Position numbers and translations under genes: made by a program
The notes under the pieces: generated by a model
The model's database searches: none
Told to the model about the DNA's origin: nothing
Seen by the model: only the letters and a program-made list of their open reading frames with translations
Origin: a virus
Lineage: Duplodnaviria > Caudoviricetes
Virus record (IMG/VR): IMGVR_UViG_3300020045_001996
Coordinates: 1-54,333 of that record
DNA: 54,333 bases
Strand: one strand, 5' to 3'
Shown: positions 36,944 through 46,115 of the stretch, piece by piece
Layout: each line of letters starts with the position of its first letter
Position numbering within the stretch: the first letter of the stretch is position 1

Positions 36944-37267
36944 TCAATCCTTTGTTAAACAAACGCTCATACTCTTACCCCCACCAAGACAATGTACTCG
37001 CCAGCCTCTGAACTCTGGGAAGCAGATTACAGTCCAAGAAGAATCCTCTCTTCCATCTTCAATCGTAATCTCGGGGCAGTTAATAATTTCACCATCAATA
37101 AAAGCATTATTGCAATAGCTTGACCAATAAATTCTACCAGTTTCACCCCAGCCATCAAGCCAGAAAGCTGCAATGTTTTCTTGGAGTTTCAATCCGTAGC
37201 CTTCTCCGCATACAGCATCACCTTGTTGTGTCACAAGGACTTGTAATTTGTCTGTTGTAGCAATCAT
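36944..37267 (-). CDS. hypothetical protein
   Basis: AAGGAG RBS. Confidence 0.55.
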   Translation of the reverse strand: MIATTDKLQVLVTQQGDAVCGEGYGLKLQENIAAFWLDGWGETGRIYWSSYCNNAFIDGEIINCPEITIEDGREDSSWTVICFPEFRGWRVHCLGGGKSMSVCLTKD

Positions 37268-37282
37268 CTTTACTCCTTTGTC

Positions 37283-37708
37283 TTAAACTTGTCTCGTGAT
37301 TATACCAGCTTCTTTTAGCAAGTCAAGACCCGATGTATCCCTGTATGTTTCTTGCCACGCTATCTCTGATACACCTGCAGCAATCATGTTAGAACAGCAG
37401 TGTCTACAAGGAACATGAGTTACCCACATTTTAGAATTCTTTGTACTAACCCCCTCTAAGCACGCCTTATTGAGGCACTGCTGTTCTGCGTGTATCACTT
37501 CACTCTTTGTAACAAGCTCTTTGGTAAGTTCATCTAAGTACTCAAGATCATTTCCTAGGCGCTTAGGAAGACCGTTCGTAGCTCCAATGATAACACCTGA
37601 ATCAAGGACAAGGCAAGCTCCAACCTTAAGTCTCTTACCCTTAGACAGCCCAGCATGAAGCATAGCAACACCCATATAAACAGAATCAGTCTCTTGTTGT
37701 GTTGGCAT
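37283..37708 (-). CDS. dCMP deaminase
   Basis: KVGACLV, NG.P, IHAEQ, THVPCRHC zinc motifs. Confidence 0.9.
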   Translation of the reverse strand: MPTQQETDSVYMGVAMLHAGLSKGKRLKVGACLVLDSGVIIGATNGLPKRLGNDLEYLDELTKELVTKSEVIHAEQQCLNKACLEGVSTKNSKMWVTHVPCRHCCSNMIAAGVSEIAWQETYRDTSGLDLLKEAGIITRQV

Positions 37709-38107
37709 TCAATCCCCCACCTTAATCTTATGCTTCAACCTATACTGCAAAGCACTCAACTTCTTCAAGTAAGCCTTAATCTCCCGATGCTCTCGGAAAA
37801 GAATATTACGAAGATCATCCCCGACTTCGTACTCAAGTGCTTCTTCCTTGAGGTCTTTCTTGACTTGATCTGCTGCACGGATATGCTTTGTAAGAATGTG
37901 ACGAAGGAACTGAAGGTCACTTTGTGTAAGTTGTTCAGTATTATGACTGATATTCATGGACATCTTAGTAATTGAACCAACGGGTACACCACCAACATAA
38001 AGTGTTCCACTGTTACCAAAATCGGCTTGGGGATATCGCAGCCAATCCCAATTATCGTCTACTTCTGGACGATTTTTACTAAAGAAATTACGGATAAATC
38101 CAAACAT
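37709..38107 (-). CDS. hypothetical protein
   Basis: AAGGAG RBS; possibly two fused parts. Confidence 0.55.
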   Translation of the reverse strand: MFGFIRNFFSKNRPEVDDNWDWLRYPQADFGNSGTLYVGGVPVGSITKMSMNISHNTEQLTQSDLQFLRHILTKHIRAADQVKKDLKEEALEYEVGDDLRNILFREHREIKAYLKKLSALQYRLKHKIKVGD

Positions 38108-38132
38108 TAGGCTCTCCTTTTTGTGTTAAGTA

Positions 38133-38351
38133 TTACTTTGTGGTGTTTGCATTATTCTTCTGAATAACATTCGCACTGAAGTACGCTGTAATGGTTGCAA
38201 CTACTACAGTAGCGTACACACCATCTGCAATGAATCCACAAGCAACTAAGATTGTAGCACTTAGAATAGAAAGAGCTGCAATGATGAACTTACGCGAGAG
38301 AAGGTGCAAATATTCTGTAGTGCTTTTTGTGGTTGATTCAGTTGTTGTCAT
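38133..38351 (-). CDS. two-TM small membrane protein, holin-like
   Basis: SRKF + TM1, short loop, TM2 + ANVIQK. Confidence 0.55.
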   Translation of the reverse strand: MTTTESTTKSTTEYLHLLSRKFIIAALSILSATILVACGFIADGVYATVVVATITAYFSANVIQKNNANTTK

Positions 38352-38360
38352 TTCAATCCT

Positions 38361-39233
38361 TTACTTCTTCAAGAGGTTTTCTGAGGATACTTCGTAGATT
38401 GCCTCCAAGTCTTTCTTTGTCCAGTAATGCCCCTCAGTAGTTGTGTAAATACGATCTGAATCTTCTTTGAGAACTTGAACAACTTTAGGCAAAGCACCCA
38501 AGATTTCAATTACAACCCTCTTCCCAACCAACGTAGAAACAAAAGGTCGAGTTACTGCAGCTTCAATCTTTGGTTCTGAGAAGAAGAGTGTACGTGGGCG
38601 GCCTAGATCAATTCTTCCATCTTTCAGGTAGTAGTTATAGTCTTTACCATCGGCATAGTCAACCCGGACTGGATATGAGTCAATGCTTACAGATGTAACC
38701 TTCCCCTTTCCGTAAAATACATCCCACACTTCATCACCAACCCGAAACTCATCCGGTTGTGCTGTGGTGTCTGTTTGATTAGTGGTATTGCTATCTTTCA
38801 TTTCATTGTTATCCTGTACAACTTCAAATTTAACTTCCTCCCGTCCATCAAAACAATAATAAAGTGTATCCCCATCATCGTCACGGTAGCCAAACCCAAA
38901 AGAGTTCGCTGTTAGTACTTCATAAATTTTACCAGTCGTCAAGAACGATGAACACTCTGCATTGTCAACACAACGAATCTTTGTACCGGGCTGAAGGTGA
39001 GTGTTTATGCCCACGTTCATAACGAAGTTATCCATTTCTTTACCCCCTTGTTTAATAAAACCTTGCGAAATATCATACCATGAAGAGTAATCCTCTTCAG
39101 TAATCCGAATTCTAGCAGGTAAACGACTTTGATCCAACCCTGTTACTTCAAGAAAGTCATCCCAGTCTTCTAGTTTTACAAAGTCACCGATCTTCACTTC
39201 CTCAGCTTTGGTAATCTTTTTGATGTTTTGCAT
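38361..39233 (-). CDS. modular hypothetical protein
   Basis: AAGGAG before ATG 39233; several (K/R)xGDxV small beta modules. Confidence 0.65.
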   Translation of the reverse strand: MQNIKKITKAEEVKIGDFVKLEDWDDFLEVTGLDQSRLPARIRITEEDYSSWYDISQGFIKQGGKEMDNFVMNVGINTHLQPGTKIRCVDNAECSSFLTTGKIYEVLTANSFGFGYRDDDGDTLYYCFDGREEVKFEVVQDNNEMKDSNTTNQTDTTAQPDEFRVGDEVWDVFYGKGKVTSVSIDSYPVRVDYADGKDYNYYLKDGRIDLGRPRTLFFSEPKIEAAVTRPFVSTLVGKRVVIEILGALPKVVQVLKEDSDRIYTTTEGHYWTKKDLEAIYEVSSENLLKK

Positions 39234-39243
39234 GTCAATCTCC

Positions 39244-39573
39244 TTAAAACAGTTTATGAAAATCTTTTGGGTAAACCCAAGAAATACCCTTGAAAGCCTC
39301 TTTGACTTCTTTCTTGGTGCAGTAGGTCTTACCTGAGTGAGAGTCCCATTGATCACCAACGTAACCAAATCCGCACCTATCTTCTTTAGTATAAATTGAG
39401 GGGTTTTCTGGATTATAGTCCACAATCCACTCTCCGTTTAATGTCTCTCCACAATCATAGATGATAGCACCTTCACTCTGTGCTTGCTTGATTTTATCAA
39501 CAAGAGTCAAAGCATAGAGAAATGCTTCATACGAAGTCTTGTTGTGGAACCAATCTGGTTGTACTGTTTGCAT
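39244..39573 (-). CDS. hypothetical protein
   Basis: CAGGAG RBS. Confidence 0.6.
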   Translation of the reverse strand: MQTVQPDWFHNKTSYEAFLYALTLVDKIKQAQSEGAIIYDCGETLNGEWIVDYNPENPSIYTKEDRCGFGYVGDQWDSHSGKTYCTKKEVKEAFKGISWVYPKDFHKLF

Positions 39574-39574
39574 G

Positions 39575-39806
39575 ATTCACTCCTGTTCAGAAAGTTGTTT
39601 CAGATTTTTCGTCAATCTTTTTATAGACTTCATACATGCAAATGAATTCTACATTGTTTTCTTGTCTAAAGAAAAGCCAATCATGGATATTCTCGCACTC
39701 TTTAATGCGTAACTCTCGGTAGACTTCACGTTCACCCCAACAGCCGTGACTTACAATTAATTCATTATATACAACTAACAACATATTCACTCCTGTTCAG
39801 AAAGTT
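39575..39806. repeat. 22-bp perfect direct repeat flanking one small gene
   Basis: ATTCACTCCTGTTCAGAAAGTT at 39575-39596 and 39785-39806. Confidence 0.85.
39587..39784 (-). CDS. hypothetical protein
   Basis: CAGGAG RBS supplied by the repeat. Confidence 0.5.
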   Translation of the reverse strand: MLLVVYNELIVSHGCWGEREVYRELRIKECENIHDWLFFRQENNVEFICMYEVYKKIDEKSETTF

Positions 39807-39972
39807 TCTTGTTTGCCAAGAAATCTAAGATAAACCGCATACGTAAAAGATCATCTGTGTTTAAATCGTCTAGTGTTTTTGGTGATCCGTCCCACTCCCC
39901 ATAGGATAGGTAGACAAGGTTCTTCCGTGCAAGGCTGCACAACTCTACAATCAAGTGTTCGGTATTAGTCAT
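39787..39972 (-). CDS. hypothetical protein
   Basis: AAGGAG before ATG 39972. Confidence 0.55.
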   Translation of the reverse strand: MTNTEHLIVELCSLARKNLVYLSYGEWDGSPKTLDDLNTDDLLRMRFILDFLANKKLSEQE

Positions 39973-39985
39973 GTTCACTCCTTCT

Positions 39986-40195
39986 TTAAAACAAAGCTTT
40001 CCATTTCTCATTCTCCATCAAATCTTGCAACTCTTCCGTGCAAGCAGCCTTCTTCAGTATAGCACCAGCTTGGTTAGCTAACTTTTGCTCATCAGATGTC
40101 ATTCTAACAAAAGGATTGTGTTTAGCAAGAGTTTTCTGGACTTCTAGGGCTTGTTGCAAGGATACAACTTTGTTGTGTCTGCTATGGAGTGTCAC
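39986..40195 (-). CDS. hypothetical protein
   Basis: AAGGA before GTG 40195. Confidence 0.5.
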   Translation of the reverse strand: MTLHSRHNKVVSLQQALEVQKTLAKHNPFVRMTSDEQKLANQAGAILKKAACTEELQDLMENEKWKALF

Positions 40196-40232
40196 AGTTG
40201 TTCCTTTCAATTGGCTTGTTGATATGTTTGGA

Positions 40233-40634
40233 TTATACACGAAGTTTAGGTGTATAGTGCGCAGGAATTTCCTCATCAAGATCAGCAATCGTGAATTCGT
40301 CTTCAACTTGGAAACTGATAAGGAAGTCTTTCATTTTCTTGCGGGAGACTGCACTTGCGTAGTCAAAAACTTCATCACTCTTACGTGCAGGTTGCCAGCT
40401 AATAGCAATCAACTCTTTATCAAGAAAGTACGCGGCTGCACCCACCATTGTGTCTGTACACAACCACCGTTCCAACCACACCTTCTTTACTCGTTGTTGT
40501 ACTTCATCTTCATAAAAACAAGAGCTGTAGCTATCAAGACCTAGATCAGAGCCTAAGTTCTCAATGTTCGTCCAAGGATCAACTTGGTTAGAATCATCCC
40601 AGTCAATCTTTGCGATAGCTTCATTCCACTTCAT
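40233..40634 (-). CDS. hypothetical protein, first gene of the leftward arm
   Basis: AAGGAG RBS; WLCTDT.VG...YFLD.E..A.S.Q.ARKS motif. Confidence 0.7.
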   Translation of the reverse strand: MKWNEAIAKIDWDDSNQVDPWTNIENLGSDLGLDSYSSCFYEDEVQQRVKKVWLERWLCTDTMVGAAAYFLDKELIAISWQPARKSDEVFDYASAVSRKKMKDFLISFQVEDEFTIADLDEEIPAHYTPKLRV

Positions 40635-40663
40635 GTTTTACTCCTTTATACATTGAAAGTTGC

Positions 40664-40692
40664 AGTGTAACACACGAATTTCTGCTTGTCAA
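40664..40692 (-). promoter_or_regulatory. sigma70-type promoter, leftward arm
   Basis: TTGACA-17 nt-TACACT. Confidence 0.75.
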
Positions 40693-40736
40693 GCGACAAC
40701 CGCCAAGTTTAGCGGTATCGTCAACAAAGATTTTAC

Positions 40737-40765
40737 TTGCTTTCTGAGAAATACCATTGTATAAT
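40737..40765 (+). promoter_or_regulatory. sigma70-type promoter, rightward
   Basis: TTGCTT-17 nt-TATAAT. Confidence 0.75.
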
Positions 40766-40771
40766 AACGAC

Positions 40772-41035
40772 TATGTGCTGATCAGCAGCACTACACAGTA
40801 CTCCAGACTGACTAAGAGGTTGCATCGCCTGCGTGGAAGAAAAGACTGCCGATCCCGAGGTATCATATCGGAACTAGACCTATAGGTGCAACTCCTGGGA
40901 TTCTAGCGGTGCTGTTGATCCACGGCCGGGGGCAAGAATAATTTCTTGATAGTGGCTAAGTCTCACGACTGAGTGAAACATCCAGCAGACAACCTCCCTA
41001 TCCTTCACATGCTCTGTGGGGTAGGGGGCTGCTGA
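40772..41035 (+). ncRNA. candidate structured non-coding RNA upstream of an HNH nuclease
   Basis: No ORF of 60 aa or more; GC-richer than flanks; 12-bp stem GATCAGCAGCAC/GTGCTGTTGATC enclosing several hairpins; terminal stem CAGCAG..CCCTATCC/GGGTAGGG..CTGCTG. Confidence 0.6.
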
Positions 41036-41068
41036 GTGAAATTATTATAATTACAATTAGAGGAGGGA

Positions 41069-41683
41069 GTGGGATTGAAATATACAAATGAATTTATAGC
41101 ATCTAAAGAGTTCTTGAGTACTTACGATTGGAGAAAAGTAAGGATGGAGGCTCTAGTGAAACATGGCAACAAGTGCATGTGTTGCAATAGAACACCGGGA
41201 GGTGAATATTACACTTGTGTTGACCACATCAAGCCAAGGAAGACATACCCTCATCTTGCTCTTGATGTAGACAACCTACAAATTTTATGTAATGAGTGCA
41301 ACCACGGAAAAGGTAACTGGGATAGTACTGACTGGAGAGATGGTAACGAACTTGTTTTTACTATTACAAAGAAGTGGATAGACGACAACAGAGCAAGTGG
41401 TAAGTCTTTTACTAAGGTTCAAGTAGAGGCACTAGGTCTAAAGTTTGGTTATCTTGATAAGGGTTGGGTGAAGTCACTCGTAGGCAGGAAGATCACGTTA
41501 GAAACCAAGACAACGTTTGAAGAAGGTGCATTTATCACACAGCAGAGGCAAGAGTTTGTAGGCCCAGTTAAACCTAAGAAAAGGAAGTTAAAAGTAAAGT
41601 TGAAATCAAAAGCAGAACTGAGAATTCTTAGGTTAGAGGCAGAACTTAAGAAAGCAAAAGAAGCTGCAAATACATGTTTTTAA
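41069..41683 (+). CDS. HNH endonuclease (Zn-finger type) with extra C-terminal domain
   Basis: GAGGAG RBS, GTG start; WRKVR..AL....KCMCC...VDHIKP...P.LALD.DNLQILCNECN.GK. Confidence 0.88.
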   Translation: MGLKYTNEFIASKEFLSTYDWRKVRMEALVKHGNKCMCCNRTPGGEYYTCVDHIKPRKTYPHLALDVDNLQILCNECNHGKGNWDSTDWRDGNELVFTITKKWIDDNRASGKSFTKVQVEALGLKFGYLDKGWVKSLVGRKITLETKTTFEEGAFITQQRQEFVGPVKPKKRKLKVKLKSKAELRILRLEAELKKAKEAANTCF

Positions 41684-41701
41684 TACAGAAAGGAGTAAGA
41701 T

Positions 41702-41965
41702 ATGTGGCAAGATATGGTTCTTTACTGGGCATGGCGTGGTCAAGAGCCCAAAGAAGGTGTTCCACCAACACCAACTAAAAAGAGAATTGAATACGCAGAA
41801 ATCCTTGGACCAGGGCTCTATCTGAATGGACCAGACAAAGGAGAACCGATCCGTGTGAAGTTAGCTATAACAGTCTTTGATGATGGCACAAAGAAGGAAA
41901 TAAATCGTGAAGAGTTGGAGTGGTACCGGACTTGCGGTTCAGATGTTTCACTCTCTTTGACATAG
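41702..41965 (+). CDS. hypothetical protein
   Basis: AAGGAG RBS; followed by a terminator. Confidence 0.6.
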   Translation: MWQDMVLYWAWRGQEPKEGVPPTPTKKRIEYAEILGPGLYLNGPDKGEPIRVKLAITVFDDGTKKEINREELEWYRTCGSDVSLSLT

Positions 41966-41996
41966 CTACATAACTATAATTTTATCTCTTTGTTAC

Positions 41997-42034
41997 ACCT
42001 CCTATGGCATCCAAGCTGTAGGAGGTTTTTCTTT
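41997..42034 (+). terminator. intrinsic terminator
   Basis: ACCTCCTATGGC-ATCCAA-GCTGTAGGAGGT then TTTTCTTT. Confidence 0.85.
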
Positions 42035-42089
42035 GTCTGAGAGGCTGTGTTGCAAAGAAACTACAACTGAGAATTCTTTAAATGAGTTG

Positions 42090-42117
42090 TTGACAACCCT
42101 CACCAATCTGATACAGT
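42090..42117 (+). promoter_or_regulatory. sigma70-type promoter
   Basis: TTGACA-16 nt-TACAGT with TG extension. Confidence 0.6.
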
Positions 42118-42151
42118 ACGTTCTATCGCAAACAACTTTAGGAGTAATCAA

Positions 42152-42517
42152 ATGCAACTCTCAGAGACTCAAAAATTTCTACTTCGTTACACTAAGAATG
42201 GGGAATACAAATTTAACCATGAAGATATCATCAATGCAGGACTTGGTGAGATTTACCATTACCGCATGGGTCTTCATAATGTTCATACCATTGTGTACCG
42301 AGCGTTTAAGGAGTTCTGTGGTATTGACAAGTTTGAAATGCCTTTGGACGCTGAGTATAGGGTTCTTACTTCGGTTGCATTGGACTATGACTACCGATTC
42401 AAGGGTATTGACAAGGCAATGTCTGTAGAAGAAGTGCTGCAATCTCAAATCACGGAGATGATGACTTTTATAACCATGACTCGTGTAGATTGGCTTAACG
42501 ACTCTTACAAGGACTAA
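42152..42517 (+). CDS. hypothetical protein
   Basis: TAGGAG RBS downstream of the promoter. Confidence 0.65.
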   Translation: MQLSETQKFLLRYTKNGEYKFNHEDIINAGLGEIYHYRMGLHNVHTIVYRAFKEFCGIDKFEMPLDAEYRVLTSVALDYDYRFKGIDKAMSVEEVLQSQITEMMTFITMTRVDWLNDSYKD

Positions 42518-42678
42518 CATGTACCACATCCGCAAACACCGATGCTTTTACTACATCTTCTTCGCTGACAAGCAAATCTCTGAAGGGATGTATCAGAGAC
42601 AAGCTGAAAGAGAGCTTATAAAGCAGGTTGAACTGTGCTATGCTTAAGACATCTAAACAATTTTGAAAGGACCCTATT

Positions 42679-42978
42679 ATGACTATCGCAACCGACCTAG
42701 GATTTAAGATTGGTGAACTGTATCGTGTTGTTGACGGATGCTGGACTCCGGGAATGATCGTGGAATTTGTAGAGGATGATGGTAGCTCAAGGCCATGGTT
42801 TAAATATGTAGATGGACCTTCGCATCGTCCTATAGAAAGAGATGGTGATCCAATTGCTATTTCTTTACAACATCTTGTTGCTGCAGACATCTCATCAAAC
42901 AGATCGTTCCTTCTCCTGTACATCCAGCAACAATACCCCGATGACAAGGTGCTGAAGGCTCTGGTAGAGTCTATCTAA
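42679..42978 (+). CDS. hypothetical protein
   Basis: AAGGA RBS; GFKIGE...DDGS..PWF. Confidence 0.6.
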   Translation: MTIATDLGFKIGELYRVVDGCWTPGMIVEFVEDDGSSRPWFKYVDGPSHRPIERDGDPIAISLQHLVAADISSNRSFLLLYIQQQYPDDKVLKALVESI

Positions 42979-43087
42979 AACACACCAGAAAGCCCTACAA
43001 GCCTCTTTTACGACAGAGCTAAGGGGTGTATAGCCTGAAGGTGTTACAGAGGCTTATAGAAGGTTTAAACAAATCAGAGGTAAACAC

Positions 43088-43312
43088 ATGAAAGCACCAA
43101 CAGAAAACCTATTCCTACCAGACAATGAACCTACCTTGGACTTCCCATTCAAGATTGGAGATAAAGTCCGTAGTAAACTCAACCCTGATGAGCAAGGAGA
43201 AATCTGCTGTATCTCTTATGCAACAAATTCTGTAAGAGTTTACTCGGATGTACCTTTTGGTAAGGCTGTTGTGAGTTATAATGCAGATGAGATTGAAAGA
43301 CGGCTAGACTAA
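43088..43312 (+). CDS. hypothetical protein
   Basis: GAGG RBS; FKIGDKV module. Confidence 0.55.
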   Translation: MKAPTENLFLPDNEPTLDFPFKIGDKVRSKLNPDEQGEICCISYATNSVRVYSDVPFGKAVVSYNADEIERRLD

Positions 43313-43690
43313 CGCCGTCGATATGAACTAACAAAGGAGAACACATGAAAAAGACCCTCAACAAAACCATCCGTATCTCTTTCCAAGAGAGTAGGTCTGG
43401 TATCTTCGTAGAGCGCTCATTTGATGCCCACCGAGAGCATCTGGAATTTCATCTCCAGCAGATGAAGAAGAGTCCTGATTTGATCAGGGGTGTTTCGTAT
43501 AAAAGTATTTAAGGAGTAAATTATGTTCTTTACATTCTTTGTTATTTGGTCTATCTTTGTACTGCTTGTAGCAGGTTCATCCCTCTACTTAAACAAACCA
43601 GTAGAGCCTTGGATATACTTTGCTTGGGTTCTTAATTGGGTAATTGCAATATTGCCACAAGCCTATAAAATTTCTTTTGGAGGATAACCT

Positions 43691-43903
43691 ATGCAAGTAA
43701 AAATCAAACAAGAATCTGTAGTATTCAAGCCTGTAACGCTTGAGATTACTTTTGAGACATCAGAAGAACTAATACTAATGAAAGATATGCTACTGCATAA
43801 TTTGACTATCCCAGAGATTGTTTACCCAGCAGATATTCGCTCACAGCGAGTTCTGAAGGGGATTATGGATCAAGTTCGTGATAGTATTATTTACGTGAAA
43901 TAA
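43691..43903 (+). CDS. hypothetical protein
   Basis: GGAGG RBS; FKPVTLEITFET.EEL. Confidence 0.6.
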   Translation: MQVKIKQESVVFKPVTLEITFETSEELILMKDMLLHNLTIPEIVYPADIRSQRVLKGIMDQVRDSIIYVK

Positions 43904-43914
43904 GGAGATTAAGT

Positions 43915-44265
43915 ATGAAAGAAGCTAACGACCTTTACCGCCAGCACCAAGATGCACAGAAGTACATCTCTAAGATTGGTGCACCTCAGCCTCATTACCG
44001 AGATGGTTCTGTTGGCAGACTACATAAAGTGCAAGTGAATACCGAAATTAACCATCAAGCCTCCCACGGAGATACCAACTACTGGAAGAATGCCTTGTTT
44101 GATTATGCATTGTCTGAAGTGATTCAAAAGCACTTCAATGAACTTGCTGTTGAAGCCTTGGCTTACATGAAGCAAAAAGCAGATGAAGCCTTGATTGCAG
44201 AGAAGAAAGAGTTGCAAGAGCGACTGTCAAAGATTGAAGCATTGGAAAAAGAAATGGGAGCATAA
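43915..44265 (+). CDS. hypothetical protein
   Basis: AAGGAG RBS. Confidence 0.6.
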   Translation: MKEANDLYRQHQDAQKYISKIGAPQPHYRDGSVGRLHKVQVNTEINHQASHGDTNYWKNALFDYALSEVIQKHFNELAVEALAYMKQKADEALIAEKKELQERLSKIEALEKEMGA

Positions 44266-44501
44266 ACCTTGCTAAAAGAACATAAGAATAAAAGTCATAG
44301 CGTTGTTGTCCCAACACCACATAACCCAGATCAGGACTTCTTTTATTACGTCAATAAACAAGATGAAGATGAAGCCTTTGAATCTTTGGGGTATAATCCA
44401 AGGTGCATAGCGTCAAACTCTCTGAGTTTTACTTGCGTAGGGACAGATCAAGAAGATGATTTTCGGGTTAATAAGTTTTGGTAAATTAACAAGGAGTAAA
44501 C

Positions 44502-44960
44502 GTGAAACTAATCAAAGGGGACTTACTTCAATTAGCAGACGAAGGGAATTTTGATGCTATAGCACATGGCTGCAACTGCTATTGTGTCATGGGTATCGGT
44601 CTTGCAAAACAGATCAAAAAGAAGTACCCAGAGGCGTATGCTGCGGACTTGAAAACTACACCGGGGGATCGTTCTAAATTAGGAAACTATACCTACGCCT
44701 CATATAATGATAATTCTTTTACAGTATTCAACGCTTACACGCAGTACAGGTATGGATGAGGTAAGGATTTGTTTGAGTACGAAGCTTTTAAGAGGGTGCT
44801 CCAACGTTTTATCGGTATCGACTGTTGCCTCGGGGGTCTTCGTTGGGGCTTGCCTATTATTGGCTGTGGTCTTGCTGGTGGAGATAAAGAACGAATCCTC
44901 AAGATCATGGAGGATACTCTTGTAGGTATGGATGTAACTGTAGTAGAATTTTATAAATAA
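44502..44960 (+). pseudogene. macro-domain (ADP-ribose-binding/hydrolase) gene interrupted by an in-frame TGA
   Basis: KGDLL..AIAHGCNC...MG.GLA.QI and P.IGCGLAGG halves are in one frame, separated by TGA at 44757-44759. Confidence 0.8.
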
Positions 44961-44970
44961 AGGAATAGAC

Positions 44971-45258
44971 ATGCAAGTAAAAACTGAAAGTTTTGACGCC
45001 GTGCAACACACAAATGAAGAAACTTCTTTGCAAATCAACCCAGAAGATATCGCAGGATATATCATCCAGCGTAGCCCTACTTCTAACTTTCTATTTAACG
45101 CCTATGCAGTATCGCAAGATGATGAATTGCTTTTCTGTGCAGCAAGTGATCTTAGTTTTGAGAAAGCTACAGCACTAGTTGAAGCGATTAATCAAGAGCA
45201 TTATCCTTATGTTCCTAGTCCAACAGAGCAAGCGTATGAACAGATTAATAAACGATGA
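44971..45258 (+). CDS. hypothetical protein
   Basis: AAGGA RBS. Confidence 0.55.
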   Translation: MQVKTESFDAVQHTNEETSLQINPEDIAGYIIQRSPTSNFLFNAYAVSQDDELLFCAASDLSFEKATALVEAINQEHYPYVPSPTEQAYEQINKR

Positions 45259-45259
45259 T

Positions 45260-45412
45260 ATGAAACCTAACTACACCCTATCTGGCTTTGTCCGTACTCT
45301 TAATCTCTTAGGACATGGTAAGGACAAAAATCCATACAAAGAAAAGTCTAAAGATAAAGAAAAGCGCAAGGATTATTCTGAGGATCGTCAACGTAAACGA
45401 GGGTGGGAATGA
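45260..45412 (+). CDS. small basic protein
   Basis: Fills the gap; stop overlaps the next ATG; KDYSEDRQRKRGW. Confidence 0.45.
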   Translation: MKPNYTLSGFVRTLNLLGHGKDKNPYKEKSKDKEKRKDYSEDRQRKRGWE

Positions 45413-45822
45413 CTAAAACAATCCCCGTAAAGCACGGTGACATCGTTGAAATTCTTCCAGGTTGTCCCTTCAGTTCTTTGGTGCACTCCAAAGGAATCGT
45501 CCGAAGTTCTTTAGGGCTTATGAGTTGTATAGTAGAGTTTCCTACAGAGCGCAGAAGCCAAGACTTTGATACAATGGAAATACTGCAAGGAAAGTACTGG
45601 TGCATTCATTGGAAGTACCTGAAGGTCATCGAAAGTGCTTATGATGACCAGTTGGGCATTATGGAGCATCAGATGCAAGACCTTGAGGAAAGCCTGATGT
45701 TTACTCGAAGTTGCTTGTCAATCAGCGAAGAACTTAGGGATCAGCAAGCAGAGTTGATTGAGAGGCTTGTGGAAGAGATTGAGGGATTACGAAAGGAACT
45801 GTACCTCGCCAGAGGTTCGTAA
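45409..45822 (+). CDS. hypothetical protein
   Basis: Small beta module plus coiled coil. Confidence 0.55.
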   Translation: MTKTIPVKHGDIVEILPGCPFSSLVHSKGIVRSSLGLMSCIVEFPTERRSQDFDTMEILQGKYWCIHWKYLKVIESAYDDQLGIMEHQMQDLEESLMFTRSCLSISEELRDQQAELIERLVEEIEGLRKELYLARGS

Positions 45823-45890
45823 CCCCTTGACATGTTGAAGGCACGGTTGCACAGTGCAGGTCTTTGACGATTTTAAACGAAAGGGAAACT

Positions 45891-46115
45891 ATGAAAGACA
45901 CTAAGAAACTTAATGCAGGTATTGCTATCGTATGCTTGCAATTGCTGGATTCTCAACATCGCCTCACTGAAGATCAAGTGCAGAAAGTTACATCACTGTG
46001 TGAGCGACTCCTTAGAACATCTTTGTACAAAGAAGATGGAGTTGAACAAGATCAAGCAGCAATCCAACATTCAATCAGTCTGATTGAAGAATATCTAGAG
46101 GAAGAGGGGGTTTAA
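45891..46115 (+). CDS. hypothetical protein
   Basis: AAGGG RBS. Confidence 0.5.
   Translation: MKDTKKLNAGIAIVCLQLLDSQHRLTEDQVQKVTSLCERLLRTSLYKEDGVEQDQAAIQHSISLIEEYLEEEGV

Noticed and set aside
41069-41683. IscB/IsrB or Cas9-like nuclease
   Set aside because: Only 204 aa; no PLMP start, split RuvC motifs or bridge helix visible; no CRISPR array or IS200/605 ends seen.
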